Of a stretch of 64,000 bases of DNA, positions 60,851-64,000 are shown in pieces. A program made the position numbers and the translations under genes. Position 1 is the first letter of the stretch, and every line of letters starts with the position of its first letter. A model generated the notes under the pieces. That model was given only the letters and a program-made list of their open reading frames with translations. It was not told the DNA's origin and made no database searches. The stretch lies in contig CM097885.1 in assembly GCA_044892525.1 (NCBI GenBank), positions 134,850,001 to 134,914,000 on the forward strand, in the 5' to 3' direction. Source of the stretch: Schmidtea polychroa. Its lineage: Eukaryota.

Positions 60851-63209
60851 GTAAAGTGGAGGCACTACAATTACTATATTTATTCTTTTTCTAATTATGG
60901 TAATTAATTAATACTAATTTTATATTTTTTCTATTTAAAGTAATTATTTATTTCTATATCGGATATATATCCTATTTATAGTAATTTAAAATATCCTATT
61001 TGTAATTTTCTACCGACTTAGCATATTACGGCTATATTTTATGCAATTTAGGCTATACCAACCCAAACACTAATATGGCCGGATTGTTGCAGCCTCAAGA
61101 TGTCTCACTTAATAGAAGCTTCCACCAACATTATGCTACAAATTATGATAAATATCTTGTGAATGCTTTAGAAGATGATAATACCAATTTGTGGAATAAA
61201 GCTTGGAATATTAAATCACCTAATTAGTCTTTGGTTTCCAAGTGAATTCTTGAATGGATTGACCCCTTATCCCATGAAATTGTACTGAAAGTATTTAAAG
61301 TTTGTGAGTTGTTACCAAAAGACGTATTCGATATTCATAAATTCCACAAGAAGATTTTTCGAAGATTCGCAATAAAATTTAGAAGTGGGAAAGAAGTTAT
61401 GGACATTATTAAAATAACCGTGGTCGTAGGAGGAGGAACAAAACTTGTCAATTCGGCTAACCATTTAACCCGGGCGCGCTGACGTCGCATCCGGCGAGCA
61501 CGAGTGTGGCTGTTGCGATCTGCCTTGGGTACCGGTAGGACAGTAGTGGTCGGAAAGGTGACTGTCATGTCTGTTTGGCGACTGATATTTGGTGGTTATG
61601 AATCATGTCTGTATTGAGATGGACCTTCAGATCTATTCGAGTTTCGGTTGCGGAGGCCTTGACATTCAACTCGTGCGATAGAATGATGTCGGGCTCCATC
61701 AAATTCGTGCATTGAGGCACTCGTACAGCTAGCTCCTGGTCAATGTACCAACGGGATAACAATTCATGCTGACAGCGGATAACCAGCCGTTGTGACTTAC
61801 TTTCTGTGATGACCTCATTGCGGTTCCTCTCCAATTGGGTGATGCGCTGATGAAGCCCTAATGCATTTCCCGGAGACAACCAGATGGTTTTTATCGGGTT
61901 TAGCCTTGTCTGTTCACCACTCAATTTCTCTCGCAAGATTTGATTTTCTTCTGTTGTTCGCGATTCTGTGATCGTTGAGGGCTGCGATGGACTTGGATTC
62001 GGAGGACTGCTTTGAAGAGGAGTGACGCACATCCTGGGATTAGGAGCAGATTCGATTGTTGGAAATAAAAAGAATATGAAAATTATTGACAAGAAACATG
62101 ATCATTTGTTAAGAACGATTGAATTAATAATAAGCGAAATTCAAAGAATCATTAGAATTTCTGAAAACAGTTAACAATTCAACGTTACCAATTTCAAACA
62201 AAATGGCAGATTACCACTGTTAATTTTAAATTATTTTATTGTTTAATAAAAGTAATGATTCGTTTCATTGTCTTAATACCCTTTTGAGTTGTGGAGTATG
62301 AGCAGGACCCTTGCGACCATTACCCATAGGGGGACAGAATATCTTGTCGGATAAACTCTGACTATATATAATAAAACTATATATATATGTGTGTGTATAT
62401 ATATAGTAATAATAACAAATCAACAAGTTTGAATAACAAAGTGACTTTAATTATTTATTTAAAAACGTCTTTGATTGCAGAATATTTTGAAAATATATTT
62501 TTTGATTTGTGCGATCTAGATTCTCAAGACGCAGAATATATTGAGAAGAAACTATTAGATATCCCGATAATATATATGGTTTTCACGAAAAATACTTAAA
62601 AAACCATTGAATTGCAATTGACACTGGCGGAGCATATGTAACATTTTATACCTGTTCTGAAAAAATAAATTATAAACAAAATATTTACTTAATTGAAACA
62701 AATATTTATCACTTCATTAAAACAAATTATTGTTACGTTTCTCATGCACTATTTGAAAGTTATTGATTATATAATAGTAAATGTTACATTACATCTAGTT
62801 GACCGATGATTGTGTAATACAGAATAGGGGGTGAATACAGATTCAGTGAGCTCATATCACATTACTATCAAGAAAACTGATTTAAATATTGAATTTTAAT
62901 TTTGAATTTCTACGATTTTTATTTTTAGTGATATTAAATTAATCGTGAAGGAGCCATCTAATAGTTCAATTTCGGTCCAAATTTCGAAAAAAGCGAAATG
63001 TATTGTTTTGAAACAAAAAATGGCTGCTCTTTCTGGAATGCCCATAACTGAGCAATGTATGACTTTTAATGGAGTTATTCTGGAGGATGACAAATTATTG
63101 GAGGAATATCAAATTGCAAATAATTCTGTCATTTTACTTGTTGCTAAGCTTAGGTATATCAAATTATTTTGTAAGAAATTTAATTTTGTTTATATTTAGA
63201 GGGGGATAA
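46589..63209 (+). CDS. Putative tetra-ubiquitin-like protein ending in LRGG: exons 46589-46806, 59359-59585, 59634-(gap 59870-60009), 60039-60066, 62929-63153, 63200-63209
   Basis: Four Ubl-fold exons (KEMKDNELLSSLGI; TEMTDDKLLGDFDI; KGIKDDEYIGD; GVILEDDKLLEEYQI). Splice phases are compatible at all visible junctions. A 46-nt GT-AG last intron joins CTT AG to A GGG GGA TAA, giving L-R-G-G-stop. The exon 1-2 link (12.5-kb intron) and the exon 3 end (in the N-gap) are inferred. Confidence 0.7.
47204..47445. mobile_element. piggyBac-type MITE
   Basis: 14-bp perfect TIR CCCTTTCCAGCCCA / TGGGCTGGAAAGGG with TTAA on both sides. Confidence 0.9.
49150..49212. repeat. (AAT)n microsatellite next to the LTR insertion site
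   Basis: Direct reading. Confidence 0.95.
49242..50018 (-). repeat. 3' LTR
   Basis: Direct repeat of 56118-56894; preceded on the minus strand by a short G-rich tract (GTGGGGCTGA). Confidence 0.95.
50188..53553 (-). CDS. pol: Pol polyprotein (PR-RT-RH-IN)
   Basis: FLVDTGSS, KKDGTFRPCGDYRNLN, YIDDILV, LTTDASN, HDLHHPG..CIGC, HIDLVGP, ITDRGSQFES, ERFHRTLK, YSGPY. Confidence 0.97.
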   Translation of the reverse strand: MPPLLAAEVGGKISSKSDLFLIEAESNAFNILSSPSNRLKFLVDTGSSLSILPKEYLPDLNTVDISLKAANGSVVETLGSKTIAFSLPFLSDQLFEWKFYIAEVIIPILGSDFLSANELLVDCRGRTLRINNQLNCSTIPSNIFEDPQRIGTDDINTTPSKTVITIEHPKIALDIINRCFNTPISDVSKPLYCHTIDTTSSLPVRCKIRPLSNEKLEFVRSEFTNLLHEGTIRRSKSPWSSPLHLVPKKDGTFRPCGDYRNLNAITVHDSYSMPLVSDILHRLSKAKIFSTIDLVKAYHQIPVRESDIEKTAVITPIGLFEYVHMPFGLRNSAQTFQRYIDQVLMDLPFAVPYIDDILVGSPDLETHKTHLTRTLTALRQYNLKVNVDKCTFFQHETRFLGHLISADGIRPPPDRLDTIAKFPLPKTVSQLRSFLGTINYCHRFIPGVSDILSPLSGLVSKPKKSLVSWSDTTLSAFENTKSALSKIQTLHFPNADLPWSLTTDASNVAIGAVLHQLHNDISEPLEFFSKKLSSAQRKYSAFDRELLGIYLSIKHFKHLLEGRPFVIYTDHKPLTYLFGMKDPSPRQQRQISYISEFSCEIRHIAGKENVIADCLSRSTNAILHDPIFPVQCLRDNPPSAKDLAAFGDKLEIVDGVHFDSSLSGVLRPILHDSLRKLAFHSIHDLHHPGSSATFNLLHSHVVWPAMRHDIKLWVSQCIGCRQHKITRHTKPQMIHYPTGNRFEILHIDLVGPLPSDRGFSYLLTMIDRKTRWFEVIPLKNISAEIVANSILQHWISRYGVPKSIITDRGSQFESQLFQQLTEKLGIQHLRSTAYHPQTNGMIERFHRTLKTSLGILSSRLNWTKALPFVLLGWRNTPSRTTGTTPAQLLFGSSTSLPNELVDFDNAPTFEELDMARDHFLSIDSNPQFSYASSYTPYVPKSFKDATHVYLRNITDSGLKPRYSGPYKLIDIKDNNAHIIINGVTQNINLCRLKPAFMISDDVDEDKLHSDLEKVSVEPISTTSNENLSVEPATDSNEIARTMITNYQCDENLATLNTHSATTNPLNLRSIVSKPDKQRTAKNVKHSDKIWVRQIGEDISKPPRLARVYSNENLTHLMLKFT
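53553..56327 (-). CDS. gag: ORF1: unknown N-terminal extension + hydrophobic segment + Ubl domain (54806-54576) + Gag
   Basis: Gag core motifs PLTWL, KYCRIL..P, NPYEELRTAIL, LGSRKPSQFL and CxxHxxF..A..C knuckles. Ubl KFQILIE..LLSYNGNILSDSRTLGDYGV..IHCLLPLSGG. True start codon uncertain (first ATG lies in the LTR). Confidence 0.9.
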   Translation of the reverse strand: MNFFHKISNLCIKIELSLNILKFVILIALENSLLYLCDMQEKFADSMTYFNESVPVSNRMSKAAKLPGTTLVSEVPRFEHLEHIIANIIAKSRLQEIQSMLVSHNRTAELRQNMFHMLSKIFSELKLSSKFNLISHDIDRLIDHLIIAHSCCLSSNREEYIKLIQTIPDRDSLDPVVVLCDSISTPANITDINHMVKFQIAEPINKSSFKFISKSIQLQSESSDTKSEFPIFSAFNSSAGNDITEFHSTLNSTSPLSRLSDQKSFMNSLNSVGSLNSLLESFCQLNSQNHAATKNNNNNNQSYDHNINQQANNNGVLNYGQYQDRNEMDINRIFGSEKPNSHYDQKYKDTADFDSINVSRQALAEMIAVENRKKMTPINNYIPNNKLLTSDVLYTAPQRIMLRPNPNEFLMQQNNDFFTLNSRAPGQPFIHDNKPSPSESRLNQAMPVSAPPGTLDRLPLNYIIILLLKYTILLLIYIIIDIIYKIIINYLNKHQPTQEGSAAPGPKKFQILIENPGTNKIQTVSVDTDTTIRGLSKNYSILTNHKCRFLLSYNGNILSDSRTLGDYGVTPYSVIHCLLPLSGGSSDSENDSGSNPKQAKHKRRSNNQRSTYLCQYFLDENNSPLTWLTATELALEGIEVTSSRDKYCRILPLIPPTILSKLSSVILRTSPTSVKNPYEELRTAILDIFKEPTAAVFTKYFKTQTLGSRKPSQFLQHAMAELTQIHPEAAADQKLLRQFFLSALPPHAQQILALSSTADVVELAKMADKINEVVPLGPQPTCSVQLSSSTNPEILPSSSSLKPSTEEALLCAITGLTKRISELENSMSTRRTNDDRQYAQKSHFVQNTRQRSPSPATRNLCRFHFKFRNKARFCYLGCNWRDKAPSCQILDKCIYHDRFGDKALKCFEGCSNYTKPKASNQKNL
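56103..56116 (-). promoter_or_regulatory. Primer binding site, tRNA-Leu(CAA)-type
   Basis: TGGTGTCAGAAGTG, 1 nt after the 5' LTR, complementary to the 3' end ..CACTTCTGACACCA of animal tRNA-Leu(CAA). Confidence 0.85.
56118..56894 (-). repeat. 5' LTR
   Basis: Begins TGTAGTGAG and ends GGTACAACA on the minus strand; TATA-like TATATAAATGCGCGG at ~56797-56812. Confidence 0.95.
58756..58981. mobile_element. hAT (Charlie/Buster-type) MITE
   Basis: TIRs CAGTGGTGGCCAACC / GGTTGGCCATGGCTG (12/15); perfect 8-bp TSD AAATAGAT with central TA. Confidence 0.92.
60787..60848. repeat. (TA)n microsatellite
   Basis: Direct reading. Confidence 0.95.
61335..62092 (-). other. GC-richer repeat with two abutting ORFs (62092-61565 and 61568-61335), antisense in a Ubl-gene intron
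   Basis: Coiled-coil segment resembles ORF 6162-6593; 61357-61553 recurs at 63803-64000. Confidence 0.45.
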
Positions 63210-63507
63210 AATTACATTTTTATTTATGAATGTTTCGGATAATAATTTTATTTATTTTTGGCTTTTGTTGAAATAATTATGGAAAGTACTTTCAGTGTGT
63301 TGTTATTGAAACTAATCTCTTTTATAATCATTTTTTGCCATCTGAGTACAAATTTGTCTTTGAGTCTTTTTTGGCACTCAAATAAATCTCTATCATTTTC
63401 CTCGAATTTTTAGCTTAATGGCTTTTCTAAGGCGTTTTAATTGAATTTGTATATCAAGCATCATTACACCAGTTCCTTATACAAAAAACAAGTAGTCAAA
63501 AGAAAAT

Positions 63508-63803
63508 TTAATATTTTTTATAGCCACCTTTAGCTGCCAAGACAGCAGCAATACGATTAGGCATACTATTAATAAGGTTAAAACAAACAGAAACTGGAAT
63601 ATTGTTCCAAACATTCTCTTCACGCTCCCATAGTTCATAAATACTCAGTGGTTCGATTTCGAAACCAGAAAGTTGACGTTTTACATGTTGCCAGCGATAT
63701 TATATGGGGTTTAAATCTGGCGATTGAGAAGGCCTGTCAAGCAGTTCGACCTCATTATCTTCAAACCAATTTTGAGCTAATCGAGATTTGTGTTTTGGAT
63801 GAT
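63508..63803 (-). mobile_element. Tc1/mariner transposase C-terminal remnant
   Basis: HPKHKSRLAQNWF..SQSPDLNPI*..W..VKR..W..I..SMPNRIAAVLAAKGGYKKY*. Confidence 0.9.
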
Positions 63804-64000
63804 TTCGAAGATTCGCAATAAAATTTAGAAGTGGGAAAGAAGTTATGGACAATTATTAAAATAACCGTGGTCGTAGGAGGAGGAACAAAACTTGTCAATT
63901 CGGCTAACCATTTAACCCGGGCGCGCTGACGTCGCATCCGGCGAGCACGAGTGTGGCTGTTGCGATCTGCCTTGGGTACCGGTAGGTCAGTAGTGGTCGG
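63803..64000. repeat. Near-identical second copy of 61357-61553, running off the window end
   Basis: Hand alignment shows about 2 differences in 197 bp. Confidence 0.92.

Noticed and set aside
62387-62599. Possible extra exon of the Ubl gene
   Set aside because: The acceptor at ~62478 gives a stop in the phase required after the 60066 donor.

Overview
Very AT-rich animal DNA with six N-gaps. Short 44-65 nt introns and (AAT)n tracts suggest a triclad flatworm (inference). Three host genes can be reconstructed by hand: (1) a two-exon Six-family homeobox gene (minus, 20765-19642) whose SIX domain has an internal 60-aa tandem duplication; (2) a nine-exon ANKRD11/12 ortholog (plus, 31158-45799); (3) a probable six-exon gene (plus, 46589-63209) encoding four divergent ubiquitin-like (Ubl) domains and ending in LRGG-stop, i.e. 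an ISG15/FAT10-style multi-Ubl. The first intron of gene 3 holds an intact, very young Ty3/Gypsy LTR retrotransposon (49242-56894, minus; apparently identical 777-bp LTRs, GTTAC TSD, tRNA-Leu PBS). Its ORF1 carries a long N-terminal extension and its own Ubl domain ending LSGG directly in front of the Gag core. Two decayed, syntenic copies of an intronless cassette (ORF-A tail / coiled-coil ORF-B / TRAF) lie at about 7.1-11.0 kb and 27.4-30.8 kb; one carries ankyrin repeats, the other a Maverick/Polinton-type PolB-associated fragment. The rest is transposon debris: a decayed Gypsy element, hAT elements and MITEs, a piggyBac element and MITEs, and pogo, Penelope and Tc1 remnants. No rRNA, tRNA or CRISPR array was seen. 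All exon models and alignments are manual and need RNA-seq or HMM confirmation.
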